64,000 nucleotides of DNA from contig JBLNAZ010000170.1 in NCBI GenBank assembly GCA_050259615.1, positions 46,902-110,901 on the forward strand, given 5' to 3'. Both the position numbers and the translations under genes were made by a program. The notes under the pieces were generated by a model that saw only the letters and a program-made list of their open reading frames with translations, was not told the origin of the DNA and ran no database searches. This DNA comes from Syntrophomonadaceae bacterium. Lineage in GTDB: Bacteria > Bacteroidota > Ignavibacteria > Ignavibacteriales > SURF-24. This document shows, in pieces, positions 20,119 to 30,010 of the stretch (the first letter of the stretch is position 1; each line of letters opens with the position of its first letter).

Positions 20119-20745
20119 ATGATTTTATTTATCCTGATTTTCCTGCTGCTCCAGCAGCCGGTTATATTCTCACAGACCGCCAAACAATTTCTGGAAAAAG
20201 GCAGCATTCTGGCAGAAAAAGGAGAGCTGGCAAAAGCAGTTCATCTTTTCTCCAGGTCGATCGAAATGGATTCTTCCATCTCTGAGACCTACCTGAAAAG
20301 GGGTGATTCCAGAAGAATGCTTGAAGACTATGCCGGTGCTGTCTCAGATTACAGCAAGGCGATACTCCTTGTTAAGGATGATTTCAGGGGATACTTCAAA
20401 AGGGCAATAACAGAATGCCTTCTTAAAGATTACATGAATGCATTAAGAGATTATGACATTGCAGTTAAGTTGAGCCCCTACAATGAAGAAGTCCTCTTCG
20501 GGCGGGGCTGCACAAAGTATCTTTTTAGAGATTTTGAAGGAGCCATTTCGGATTTTACTGAAGCTCTAAGCCTGAATGCCGGCAATGAACTTATAGCATT
20601 CAGCCGCGGGGCAGCCAGGGAAGACCTGGGCGACATAAATGGCGCCATTGCCGATTATAAACTGGCGGCTTCAATAAACCCGGATTTCAGATCAATGGAT
20701 TATTTTATAAAAAGAGCCGAAGTTAAACTGAAGGCGGCAAAGTAG
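20119..20745 (+). CDS. TPR repeat protein, exported (probable start ATG 20119)
   Basis: Repeated RG-x-D(Y/F)-GA-xSD(Y/F)-xA TPR pattern; hydrophobic signal segment follows Met at 20119. Confidence 0.8.
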   Translation: MILFILIFLLLQQPVIFSQTAKQFLEKGSILAEKGELAKAVHLFSRSIEMDSSISETYLKRGDSRRMLEDYAGAVSDYSKAILLVKDDFRGYFKRAITECLLKDYMNALRDYDIAVKLSPYNEEVLFGRGCTKYLFRDFEGAISDFTEALSLNAGNELIAFSRGAAREDLGDINGAIADYKLAASINPDFRSMDYFIKRAEVKLKAAK

Positions 20746-20868
20746 CTTTTATATGGGCCCCATCTTTCAGAAAACCTTATCAGGTGAAAACGCAGAAAAA
20801 GCAAGCCTGTTTCCGCAGCTGATTTAAGACAATCCCTGTCATTCCCTTTTTTATACCCGCCTTTGCAG

Positions 20869-20993
20869 TGTGCCAAAATGTGATACTAGTCATGGACATT
20901 TATCAATATGAGACATTAATAAAAGACAAAATGTTAAAAAATGTGCTCTGGGGCATCAAAAATGCCCTAAAAATTTTTGGCACTTAATTTGGA
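20869..20993 (+). promoter_or_regulatory. Candidate sigma-54 promoter with two upstream 17-bp enhancer-like sites
   Basis: TTGGCACTTAATTTGGA has GG at 20979-80 and GG at 20991-92. Sites TGTGCCAAAATGTGATA (20869-85) and TTTATCAATATGAGACA (20899-915). Confidence 0.5.
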
Positions 20994-21033
20994 TTCCCTT
21001 TAGTCCAATTAAAAGATAACAAACGGTGGAGAA

Positions 21034-22638
21034 ATGTTCAGAGATACTTTTCACGAAAATAAGCTACTTGATACTTTAGTTTTTCCAATTCTGGACTCAA
21101 GTGAGATCGGGATCTGCATTATAGGTAAAAACGGTATCATCCATGAAATAAACGATGCTTTCTTAAAACTCTTCGGCTTTACACGCAGTGAAGTGCTCAG
21201 CAAGCATTTTTCCTCAGTTATTATGGAGGAGAATAAGGAATATTCTCTTAAACAGCACCAGGATTTCATGGAAAACGGCTACTTTGATAAAAGAGAAGTT
21301 CTCTTAAGGCAGAAAAGCGGGCAGTTTTTCTTTGCGCAGGTTACCGACCTGAAAATCAATGATGAAGCCGGCAATCTCTACAGAACCACCGCATTTTTGA
21401 ATATTACAGAAAAAAAACACAACGACCTGGTTAAGTCAATTCTGGGTAAGCTCCCAATTGAAGCCGAACCTGCCGATACTTTCGAATCGATGTTCAGAAT
21501 AGTCCATGCATCAACTGAACAGCTTATGCCGGCATGCAATTTTTATGCGGCTCTTTGTGACGAAGGGTGCGAATCAATAAGTTATCTGTACCAGGCAAAT
21601 CAGCTTTTTGACAATGAAGAAGAAAAAAATAACACGCTGGTTTATGACCAGCTGATACGTAAAATAATGAATGAAGGCGGACCGGTTCTGCTTAAAGGGG
21701 AAAACCTTAAAAACCTCTTTGACCAGAAGACGCTCGACGAAGAGATAATTCCTAGAGTAGTTCTGGCATCGGTACTTAAAATTAAGGGCTCAAATGCCGG
21801 AGTAATACTCCTTCCAAACTTTGAAGATAAGGATGCATTTACTGAAAGCCATCTTCCGATAATAAGGCTTCTTTCCGAAACTGTTTCAACAATTATGGAA
21901 AGAAGGAAATATGAGGAGCAGCTTACAATAACGAAGGAAAAGGCAGAAGAATCAAACAGAATGAAGACGGCTTTTCTGGCACAAATGTCGCATGAGATCA
22001 GGACTCCTATAAACACAATACTTTCATTTACTTCGCTGCTGAAAGAAAAATGTGAAGGCATACTTGAAGAAGAATTAAAGGAAAGCTTCAACATCATTGA
22101 AAGCGGCGGAAGAAGACTAATAAGGACCATAGATATGATATTAAATATGTCACAGCTGCAGAGTGAGTGTCTCGACACTAATCCTCAGGAAGTGGACCTT
22201 TCAACGGATATAATTGCTCCTGTTATGAAAGAGTTCTATGCCTCTGCAAAGGCAAAAAACCTTAGCTTCTCATTCAATAATCAGGTGGTTGGCGAGAAGG
22301 TCTTTGGCGATCAGAGTACAATTAAGCAGATTTTTGAGCAGCTGATTGACAATGCAATTAAGTACACCAGGACGGGCAAGGTTGAAATTTCACAGTACCT
22401 TAATTCCTACGGGCGAGTTTGTGTGTCAATTAAGGATACGGGAATTGGAATTTCAAAAGAATATCTGCCGAAACTGTTTACCGCTTTTTCACAGGAAGAA
22501 ATGGGATACACAAGACGCTTTGAAGGCAACGGCCTGGGTCTTGCGATGGTAAAAAAATATGCTGAACTGAATAACGCAGCAATTATAGTTGAAAGTGAAA
22601 AAGGACAGGGCTCAACCTTTACAGTGGCTTTCCAATAA
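21034..22638 (+). CDS. Cytoplasmic PAS-GAF sensor histidine kinase
   Basis: PAS (INDAFLKLFGFTRSEV), H-box FLAQMSHEIRTP, N-box LIDNAIKYT, DTGIG, GNGLGL, GQGSTF. Confidence 0.92.
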   Translation: MFRDTFHENKLLDTLVFPILDSSEIGICIIGKNGIIHEINDAFLKLFGFTRSEVLSKHFSSVIMEENKEYSLKQHQDFMENGYFDKREVLLRQKSGQFFFAQVTDLKINDEAGNLYRTTAFLNITEKKHNDLVKSILGKLPIEAEPADTFESMFRIVHASTEQLMPACNFYAALCDEGCESISYLYQANQLFDNEEEKNNTLVYDQLIRKIMNEGGPVLLKGENLKNLFDQKTLDEEIIPRVVLASVLKIKGSNAGVILLPNFEDKDAFTESHLPIIRLLSETVSTIMERRKYEEQLTITKEKAEESNRMKTAFLAQMSHEIRTPINTILSFTSLLKEKCEGILEEELKESFNIIESGGRRLIRTIDMILNMSQLQSECLDTNPQEVDLSTDIIAPVMKEFYASAKAKNLSFSFNNQVVGEKVFGDQSTIKQIFEQLIDNAIKYTRTGKVEISQYLNSYGRVCVSIKDTGIGISKEYLPKLFTAFSQEEMGYTRRFEGNGLGLAMVKKYAELNNAAIIVESEKGQGSTFTVAFQ

Positions 22639-22657
22639 GTTAAAAGGTGTCGAAAAG

Positions 22658-22689
22658 AAAGGCGGACTGAAGGCAGTCCGCCTTTTTTT
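22658..22689 (+). terminator. Intrinsic terminator
   Basis: AAAGGCGGACTG-AAGG-CAGTCCGCCTTTTTTT. Confidence 0.85.
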
Positions 22690-22827
22690 ATTTTAAAACG
22701 TATTCATTTTATGCATGAATTCAGTTATTTTTGCAGAGATAATATTTTTGTGCAATAGAAACATTTTTCTGTAAAATTCAGTATAAAAGGCGCTCAATAA
22801 TTCTGTTTTGCTTTTACGAGGTAATTA

Positions 22828-24279
22828 ATGATTGAATCTGTAGTTGGATTTTTTAGTGATTTAATACAAAACATACGTTTTGTAGACCTGATTGACATAG
22901 CAATAGTCTCTTTTTTCTTATATACGTTTATAAACTGGTTCAGAAAAAGCGCCTCCAGGAGACTTTTAATTGCGGTAACTGTTTTTATTGTAGTTTACCT
23001 GCTGGCAAGAATCTTTGGCCTGTACCTGACTGAGATGCTCATTAAGATAGTTATTGGTGTGATACTGATAGCTGCAATTCTGCTTTTCCAGTCAGATATC
23101 AGGCGTCTTATAGACCTTATCGGTACCTGGGGAGGCCTCAGAGGTTCCAAAAGGACCGGAATTCTAAATACTACCGTAGATACAATCATTTCCGCCTGCG
23201 CCAAAATGGCAGAGAAGCGAACTGGAGCCCTTATTGCAATCAGGGGACGCGAAATCTGGGATAACTGCATTAACGGCGGAATAGAGCTGGATGGAAAGCT
23301 GAGCCAGCCGTTGATTTACAGCATATTCAATGTAAAGTCTCCAGGGCACGACGGCGCAATTTTAGTGGAAGACAACAGAATTATTAAATTCGGGGCTCAT
23401 TTAACCCTTTCAACAAACCTTAAAGAGCTGGGTGCAGGCGGAACCCGCCATGCAGCGGCATTGGGACTTTCTGAAAAGTGCGACGCGCTTGTTATTGCCG
23501 TTTCTGAAGAAAGGGGTACAATCAGTGTTGCAGAAGATGGTAAAATGAGCATTATGTCCTCGAGCAGCGAGCTTAAAGAGAGAATTGAATTTTTCTGGGA
23601 TAAAAACTACCGTAAAAAAGAAGAGATTATTTCCAAATGGTGGAAAAGCAAAAGCCTTCATACGGCCATTGTGGCTGTATTCCTATCCATTATATTCTGG
23701 GGGCTTTTTGCCTATCAGTCGGATAAAGTCTACAGAAGCGAAACAGTACCGATTGAATTCCGCAATCTGAGGCCCGACCTGGCACTCGAAGATCCGGTTC
23801 CAATGGAAGGAAGGATCACCTTATCGGGATCTGAACAGGCATTCAGGCTTATTAATACAAAGAACCTTATCATTTCAATTGACTGTGAGAGACTTGAAAA
23901 GGGGGAAAATGAAATTATGGTGGCAAGGGACAACCTGGAACTGCCTTCGGGAGTGGACCTCTACAGCGTGGAACCCAGGGTGCTTAAAATAAAAGCCGAT
24001 GCAATGAAACTTATGCGCGTTCCGGTAAAGGTGCAGACTATGGGAAGACTTCCCGGAAACGCAAAATATAGAATGGATGCTGAACCCGGATATGTAATGC
24101 TGAGGGTACCGGTAAACAGCTATAATGTGCCAAGGTTTGTTTCTACAGAGCCGATTGATCTTTCTGGCGTGCGGGGATCATCTGCTATACCAAGCAGGCT
24201 CATTCCGCCAAAGACAACAAGGCTTCTGCCGGATCAGAGCCCTGAAATAATGGTAAGGGTTCAGGTTCCAAACAGATAG
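22828..24279 (+). CDS. Diadenylate cyclase (CdaA/DacA type) fused to YbbR-like (CdaR) domains
   Basis: Three N-terminal TM helices, FQSDIRR, TGALIAI, GHDGAI, GTRHAAALGLSE-D-VSEERG, a further TM helix, then beta-rich YbbR-like repeats (VPIEFRNL, VPVKVQTMG). Confidence 0.88.
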   Translation: MIESVVGFFSDLIQNIRFVDLIDIAIVSFFLYTFINWFRKSASRRLLIAVTVFIVVYLLARIFGLYLTEMLIKIVIGVILIAAILLFQSDIRRLIDLIGTWGGLRGSKRTGILNTTVDTIISACAKMAEKRTGALIAIRGREIWDNCINGGIELDGKLSQPLIYSIFNVKSPGHDGAILVEDNRIIKFGAHLTLSTNLKELGAGGTRHAAALGLSEKCDALVIAVSEERGTISVAEDGKMSIMSSSSELKERIEFFWDKNYRKKEEIISKWWKSKSLHTAIVAVFLSIIFWGLFAYQSDKVYRSETVPIEFRNLRPDLALEDPVPMEGRITLSGSEQAFRLINTKNLIISIDCERLEKGENEIMVARDNLELPSGVDLYSVEPRVLKIKADAMKLMRVPVKVQTMGRLPGNAKYRMDAEPGYVMLRVPVNSYNVPRFVSTEPIDLSGVRGSSAIPSRLIPPKTTRLLPDQSPEIMVRVQVPNR

Positions 24280-24367
24280 CCGTAGTGCAGACATACGCAA
24301 TTTCAGTATTTTATTTTTGAAGTATCCTGAATATTTTTAAGCTTCTTTTTTTACACAAAGTAGCAGA

Positions 24368-26692
24368 ATGGGAATCGAATTGGCAGACCAGGCGAAAGTT
24401 TTTATATTAACGGGAGAGTGGCAGGATCTTCAAAAGGGGAATACTCTGCACTTTTGGGGCGTTTCCGACGACGGAACACCCGTAGAATTTTTTATAGATA
24501 CCGTAAGACCCGTATTTTTTATCAACAGGGAAAATCCCTCCTTAAACCTGCCGGTCCATTATACCCGCAAAGAAGTAAAATTAAAGTCATTCGATTTCAA
24601 AGATGCAGATGCCTTATACTTCAAAACCCAGAAGGATCTCAGATCGGCGGCAGACTATCTCCATTCACGGAATGTAAGGACATTTGAGTCGGACGTGGAC
24701 CCCGTAAAAAGGTTCTTAATGGAAAGGTTCATTTATGCACAGCTTCAGCTTAAAGGAGAAAGCGTAAAGGCGGACAGCGGCCTCAGATTTATTAATCCAA
24801 AGGTTGAACCGTGTGAATTTGAACCCCAGTTTAGGACCGCTTCAATCGATATTGAAACCGGCATTACCGACGGCACTTTGTACTCCATTGCAGTTGACTT
24901 AAGAAGACCGGGAGGCGAAGAAAAAGTTGTTTTTATGCTTGGTGACGTCCCCTCTCAGGAGCAGGATGGCCGGCTAATGATATTTAAGACTGAAAAAGAG
25001 CTCCTGCAGAGTTTTTTAGCCTGGTTTAAGAAGTCCGATCCAGATATCATAATAGGGTGGCATGTAATAGGTTTTGACCTGATGTTTCTTGAAAATAAAG
25101 CCAGGGAGCTTCACGTGTCCTTTGATATTTCAAGGTGCGGGAAACTGACGCTTACGGAAAGGAAATCGGGGGGCTATTATGCCTATATACCTGGAAGAGT
25201 AGTACTGGACGGACCACCCTCATTAAGGAGCGCGTTTTATTCCTTTGAGGACTTTAAACTGGAAACAGTGGCACAGGAACTTCTCGGCAGGGGAAAGACA
25301 ATTGCACCAGGTGAGGATAAAATTGGTGAAATAGAAAGATATTTCAGCCAGGATAAAAGGAAGCTTGCTGAATATAATCTTCAGGATGCAGTCCTTGTAA
25401 CAGAGATATTTTCAAAGACGGGCTTAATTGACCTCTGTGTGAAAAGAGCACAGATCTCGGGGCTTATGATGGACCAGTTGTCCAGGATGACGGCGGCTTT
25501 TGACAACTTCTACCTGCCAAGGCTACATAGGGCGGGCTTTGTGGCACCCGACAATGACAATGTTAAGACGATGGACAATCTTGCAGGCGGCTATGTTATC
25601 GACCCCAGGCCGGGTATTTATGACAACGTAATTGTGATGGATTATAAAAGCCTCTATCCATCCATAATAGAGACTTTCAAGATAGATCCTCTGTCCATGA
25701 TCATGTCGGAAGAAGATACAATTCAAACTCCGGGCGGATATAAGTTCTCAAAAACAAAGCATATACTGCCTGAATATATAGGCTCTTTGATGCTTAAAAG
25801 AGCGGGGGCTAAGTTAAATAAAAATAAGCACTTAGCCCAGGCCATTAAAATTCTGATGAATAGTTTTTACGGCGTCATGGGCGCCTACGGCTGCCGGTTT
25901 TTCCACCCTTATCTTCCCAATGCCATTACCGGTACAGGACAGTGGCTCCTTCTGGAAAGCAAAAAGTTTTTTGAAGAAAAAGGCTATGAGATTGTCTATG
26001 GGGATACCGACTCGCTTTTTGTAAAACTTAAAGATGGGCAGGGTCCTTCGGCAGATCTGCTTGGCAAGCAGCTTGCCTTGGAGATTAACGTGTACTGGAA
26101 GGAAAGAATCCGGAAGGAGTTTTCGCTGGAATCTTTTCTTGAAATAGAGTTTGAAAAACATTACAGCCGGTTTATTTTAACCCAGGCCCGGGGCTCGGAA
26201 ACCGGGGCGAAAAAACGCTACGCCGGCTTAATTGACATTGACGGCAGGCATAAGCTTGAATTTACAGGAATGGAAATCGTACGCTCGGACTGGACACGCC
26301 TGGCTAAGGAGTTTCAACAGGAACTCTACAGCCTTGTGTTCAGCGGACAGGATGCTGGGGACTGGATAAGGAATTTTGTTGAAGAGGTTAACAGAGGAAT
26401 GCACAATGAAAAGCTCGTCTACAGAAAAAGGCTCAGGAAGGATCTTGACCTCTATACAAAAAACACTCCTCCGCACGTAAAAGCCGCCAGGCTCACTAAT
26501 ACTTCCTCAGGCTTGATCAGGTATGTTATGACAAAACGCGGCCCCGTTCCAATTGAACTGGACCACAGGGATTACGACTACCAGCATTATATTGATAAGC
26601 AGATAAAACCAATAGCTGATTCGGTGCTTGGACTCTTAGGGCAGTCGTTCGATACACTTTTTAAGCCCACGCAGCTCAATTTCTTCTCTTAA
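24368..26692 (+). CDS. polB: DNA polymerase II (family B)
   Basis: ExoI DIET, FESDV, DYKSLYPS, KILMNSFYG, YGDTDS, KKRYAG, VRSDWT; C-terminal QLNFF clamp-binding-like motif. Confidence 0.95.
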   Translation: MGIELADQAKVFILTGEWQDLQKGNTLHFWGVSDDGTPVEFFIDTVRPVFFINRENPSLNLPVHYTRKEVKLKSFDFKDADALYFKTQKDLRSAADYLHSRNVRTFESDVDPVKRFLMERFIYAQLQLKGESVKADSGLRFINPKVEPCEFEPQFRTASIDIETGITDGTLYSIAVDLRRPGGEEKVVFMLGDVPSQEQDGRLMIFKTEKELLQSFLAWFKKSDPDIIIGWHVIGFDLMFLENKARELHVSFDISRCGKLTLTERKSGGYYAYIPGRVVLDGPPSLRSAFYSFEDFKLETVAQELLGRGKTIAPGEDKIGEIERYFSQDKRKLAEYNLQDAVLVTEIFSKTGLIDLCVKRAQISGLMMDQLSRMTAAFDNFYLPRLHRAGFVAPDNDNVKTMDNLAGGYVIDPRPGIYDNVIVMDYKSLYPSIIETFKIDPLSMIMSEEDTIQTPGGYKFSKTKHILPEYIGSLMLKRAGAKLNKNKHLAQAIKILMNSFYGVMGAYGCRFFHPYLPNAITGTGQWLLLESKKFFEEKGYEIVYGDTDSLFVKLKDGQGPSADLLGKQLALEINVYWKERIRKEFSLESFLEIEFEKHYSRFILTQARGSETGAKKRYAGLIDIDGRHKLEFTGMEIVRSDWTRLAKEFQQELYSLVFSGQDAGDWIRNFVEEVNRGMHNEKLVYRKRLRKDLDLYTKNTPPHVKAARLTNTSSGLIRYVMTKRGPVPIELDHRDYDYQHYIDKQIKPIADSVLGLLGQSFDTLFKPTQLNFFS

Positions 26693-26798
26693 GCTTCAAG
26701 TTCCGAAAAAAATCAGCTTCATCACAGAAAAAGCTTGTTTTTATCGGCAATAATAATTATCCTCATTTTGAACATAATTACATATTTATAGGGGGATT

Positions 26799-27734
26799 AT
26801 GAACGCATTGGAGGTACGGAATTTAAGCAAATCCTTTGGCGATTTACGCGCCGTGGATAATGTTTCATTCATCGTCCCGGAGGGTTCTGTCTTTGGCCTT
26901 ATTGGCAGAAACGGTGCCGGAAAAACTACTACAATACGAATGATGATGAATATATATCTGCCAGATTCGGGCGAGGTTCTTCTTCAGGGGAATAAAATAG
27001 GGGCCGATTTTAAGAATAAAGTGGGATACCTGCCGGAGGAAAGAGGCCTGTATAAAAAGATGAAGGTGCTGGAAACTCTCCTTTATTTTGCAGAAATAAA
27101 AGGAAAATCGGGAGCGGCTCTTGAAAAGAAGGCTCTTGAATACCTGGGAAAGTTTCAGCTATTGGACAGGAAGAACTCAAAGATTGAAGACCTTTCAAAA
27201 GGCAACCAACAGAAAATTCAGTTTATTTCAACTATCCTTCACGATCCGGATTTCGTAATACTGGATGAACCTTTCTCGGGACTTGACCCCGTTAATACGA
27301 ATACACTGAAAGAGATAATTCTTGAACTTAAAAACAGGGGAAAGGTTATTATTCTTTCGACTCATCTCATGGATTTCGCAGAAAAAATGTGCGACCATCT
27401 GGCAATGATTGAGAAGGGTAAAATTATTCTGAATGGAGCGCTAAGCGACATAAAAACTCACTACGCTCAGAAAAACGTAAGTATTAATTATGAGGGGAGC
27501 CTGGCTTTTCTTAAGGATAATCCGCTCATAGAGACAATAGAGGATTTCGGAAACAGCGCAGGCATCAGGCTTAAAAATGCCAAGGATTCCAGGGAGCTCT
27601 TAAAAACAATTGTTGAGCACGATGTGGATGTGAAAAAATACGCATTAAATGAAATCTCGCTTCACGAGATATTCATTGAAATTGCCGGCAACAGGGTTGA
27701 GGGAATTGAAATGGAGGGAGCATATGTTAAATAA
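26799..27734 (+). CDS. ABC transporter ATP-binding protein (NatA/YhaQ-like)
   Basis: GRNGAGKTT, YLPEERGLY, LSKGNQQK, ILDEPFSGLDP. Confidence 0.92.
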   Translation: MNALEVRNLSKSFGDLRAVDNVSFIVPEGSVFGLIGRNGAGKTTTIRMMMNIYLPDSGEVLLQGNKIGADFKNKVGYLPEERGLYKKMKVLETLLYFAEIKGKSGAALEKKALEYLGKFQLLDRKNSKIEDLSKGNQQKIQFISTILHDPDFVILDEPFSGLDPVNTNTLKEIILELKNRGKVIILSTHLMDFAEKMCDHLAMIEKGKIILNGALSDIKTHYAQKNVSINYEGSLAFLKDNPLIETIEDFGNSAGIRLKNAKDSRELLKTIVEHDVDVKKYALNEISLHEIFIEIAGNRVEGIEMEGAYVK

Positions 27735-28992
27735 TAAAACTATTGCTGTTATGAAAAGGGAATTAAGAGAAAAACTTTTTTCAAAATCCTTCATTCTCAT
27801 GACGCTGCTTATTCCTGTATTTATGTTTGGCGTTCTGGGACTTCAGACTTATTTTATTTCTTTTTCAGGAGAGGGTAAGGTAAACCTCGAGATAATTTCA
27901 TCTTCGGAGAATATTACAGAAAACGTGAAAAATGAATTCCAGAGGGAAGACTTTACTAAGGATAAGTCTTATACCCTGGATTTCAAGACGCTGGATAAGT
28001 CTAAGCTTTCAGGGTATCTGGATGAAAAAAGAAATGAAATAGTGGATGAAAAGCTGACCGGCATTGTCTATATTTCCCCGGAATCACTGAAGGATAAAAA
28101 AGTAGAGTACTACTCAAAGACTCCTAATAACCCGAAAGTTCAGGAAAAGATAAAGCCGGCAATCAACAAAGCCCTTTCTTCAATTTATTTCAGCGCCAAG
28201 GGAGTCACAGCCTCCGACATTGCCTTTGCCAGCGGTAACGTGGACTTTAACGGCTACAAGGTATCTAAAGAAAGTAAGATAGATAAGGCAGGTTACGGAA
28301 ACCAGATAATCTCATTCCTGTTTTCATTCCTCCTTTATTTCAGCCTTCTTTTTACGGGTTCGATAATGATGAGGTCAGTTGTACAGGAAAAGAACAATAG
28401 AATTGTTGAGATACTTCTGTCTTCTGTGGAAAGTAAAGAGCTGATGACGGGAAAGATACTTGGAAGTTCAGTTACGGCTCTTATTCAGATGGCAATCTGG
28501 CTTTCGCCGGTTCTGGTGCTGATTTCAACAACATGGTTTGTACTTCCGCCGCAACTTATTCTGTCGATCAGTCCCGTGCACTTATTGTACTTTATGCTTA
28601 ATTATTTTGTTGGACTTGTAATTTTCATGGGGCTTTTTGCCGCCGTGGGCGCAATATTCGATAATGAGCAGGATGCCCAGTCGGGGATGTGGCCGATAAT
28701 GATGCTTATTATGATCCCGTTTTTTATCTCCTTATCTCTGCAGACAAATCCCGGAAGCCCTTTAGCTAAAGTTGCCTCCATTGTTCCAATTGCATCAATT
28801 ATAGTAATGCCGGCAAGAATGGCGATAACGGATGTCCCATGGATAGAGGTAGCAATTACCTTTCTGCTAAACATATCTACAATGGCATTTGTTTTCCTTT
28901 TGGCAGGCAAGATATACCGGGTGGGCATACTTATGACAGGAAAGAAGCCCAAATGGTCTGAAGTTGTGCAGTGGGTAAGATATAAGTACTAG
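27724..28992 (+). CDS. ABC-2 type permease (NatB/YhaP-like); probable start ATG 27724
   Basis: GGAGGGAG SD before 27724, EKNNRIVEILLSS and LMTGKILG motifs, multiple TM helices. Confidence 0.9.
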   Translation: MLNNKTIAVMKRELREKLFSKSFILMTLLIPVFMFGVLGLQTYFISFSGEGKVNLEIISSSENITENVKNEFQREDFTKDKSYTLDFKTLDKSKLSGYLDEKRNEIVDEKLTGIVYISPESLKDKKVEYYSKTPNNPKVQEKIKPAINKALSSIYFSAKGVTASDIAFASGNVDFNGYKVSKESKIDKAGYGNQIISFLFSFLLYFSLLFTGSIMMRSVVQEKNNRIVEILLSSVESKELMTGKILGSSVTALIQMAIWLSPVLVLISTTWFVLPPQLILSISPVHLLYFMLNYFVGLVIFMGLFAAVGAIFDNEQDAQSGMWPIMMLIMIPFFISLSLQTNPGSPLAKVASIVPIASIIVMPARMAITDVPWIEVAITFLLNISTMAFVFLLAGKIYRVGILMTGKKPKWSEVVQWVRYKY

Positions 28993-29015
28993 AAATGGTA
29001 TTTAATAAAGTTCAG

Positions 29016-29050
29016 AAAAATAAGCGGCCTGGCGGACCGCTTATTTTTTT
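29016..29050. terminator. Bidirectional intrinsic terminator
   Basis: AAAAATAAGCGG-loop-CCGCTTATTTTT between convergent genes. Confidence 0.8.
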
Positions 29051-29812
29051 TCAGAATATCACCTTATCCAAAGAATAGACCTCAACATCTACTCCGGTAG
29101 AAAAAACCTGGTGGTCAGCCGGGCGGCCGTTCAAAAGAAAACCGTTTAGAGCAAGGAGGTTCTCGTCGTATTCAGAAACTTCAGCCTTATAAAGCGGGAA
29201 AGGCCTGTGGTGGATCCTGCCGGAATAAAGCTGCCCGGTTTCCTTATCCTTTGAAAAAAGAAGATATCTTTCAACCAGGAAGAATTCCAGGGTTTTACTT
29301 TCCGCAAAAAACTCTTCTCCGGTATATCTGTAGCGGAATGTAGAGCGTGGAGTTATAAGGCCATTTTCTTTCCTCTGGCAGGAAAATACAATTTCTTCCA
29401 TACCCTCACGGGCTTCAATTTCGGATGTGTGATAGGGAAGATGAAAGAAAATATTTGCCGCTTCAACAGCAAGCGCCTGACTCGTATCAAGTGAATAAAA
29501 CCATACGCCTGGGTTTCCCTCGTTATCGAAGACATATGTCCTGACGTTAACTTCCGGGAAGTTGGAAATCTGAGGCATGGCGGGAGTAAAAATGGGACGG
29601 GCATCAAAGACAAAAAACGGTGTTATGCCAATATAGGCTCTGCCTTCAAAAGTATCCACGCGAAGTCTTTCAGGAAGTGTCTGCTGAATAACCCCAGGTT
29701 CAACTTCCCAGTGCAGGAACAATAGGTTGCGCCATTTCTGGTACATGATTGCAATACGGTCAATAGGTTTTTCCCTTATAGCCAGTCTTCCTTTTAACGC
29801 CGGGTGTTTCAT
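29051..29812 (-). CDS. YqjF/DUF2071 family protein
   Basis: MYQKWRNLLFLHW, FPEVNVRTYV, PGVWFYSLD, FLVERY motifs. Confidence 0.88.
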   Translation of the reverse strand: MKHPALKGRLAIREKPIDRIAIMYQKWRNLLFLHWEVEPGVIQQTLPERLRVDTFEGRAYIGITPFFVFDARPIFTPAMPQISNFPEVNVRTYVFDNEGNPGVWFYSLDTSQALAVEAANIFFHLPYHTSEIEAREGMEEIVFSCQRKENGLITPRSTFRYRYTGEEFFAESKTLEFFLVERYLLFSKDKETGQLYSGRIHHRPFPLYKAEVSEYDENLLALNGFLLNGRPADHQVFSTGVDVEVYSLDKVIF

Positions 29813-29926
29813 GTATTTACATATTGATTATTGCTGAATCCGTTAAGTGTTTATATTACTATAATAATCCGGCACGCAGACAAAAGCAATTGGGAAAAAG
29901 GAGTGAGGTTTACACATAAAAATAAA

Positions 29927-29958
29927 CGGGAAGCAGTGTACCATCCACTGCTTCCCGG
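29927..29958. terminator. Hairpin downstream of the efflux operon (probable terminator)
   Basis: CGGGAAGCAGTG-TACCATC-CACTGCTTCCCG, T-rich on the minus-strand 3' side. Confidence 0.65.
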
Positions 29959-30010
29959 GTCTTGTGAGTCAGAAGACGCATGATGCCGCATGCATCTTCA
30001 TCCTTAGGAA

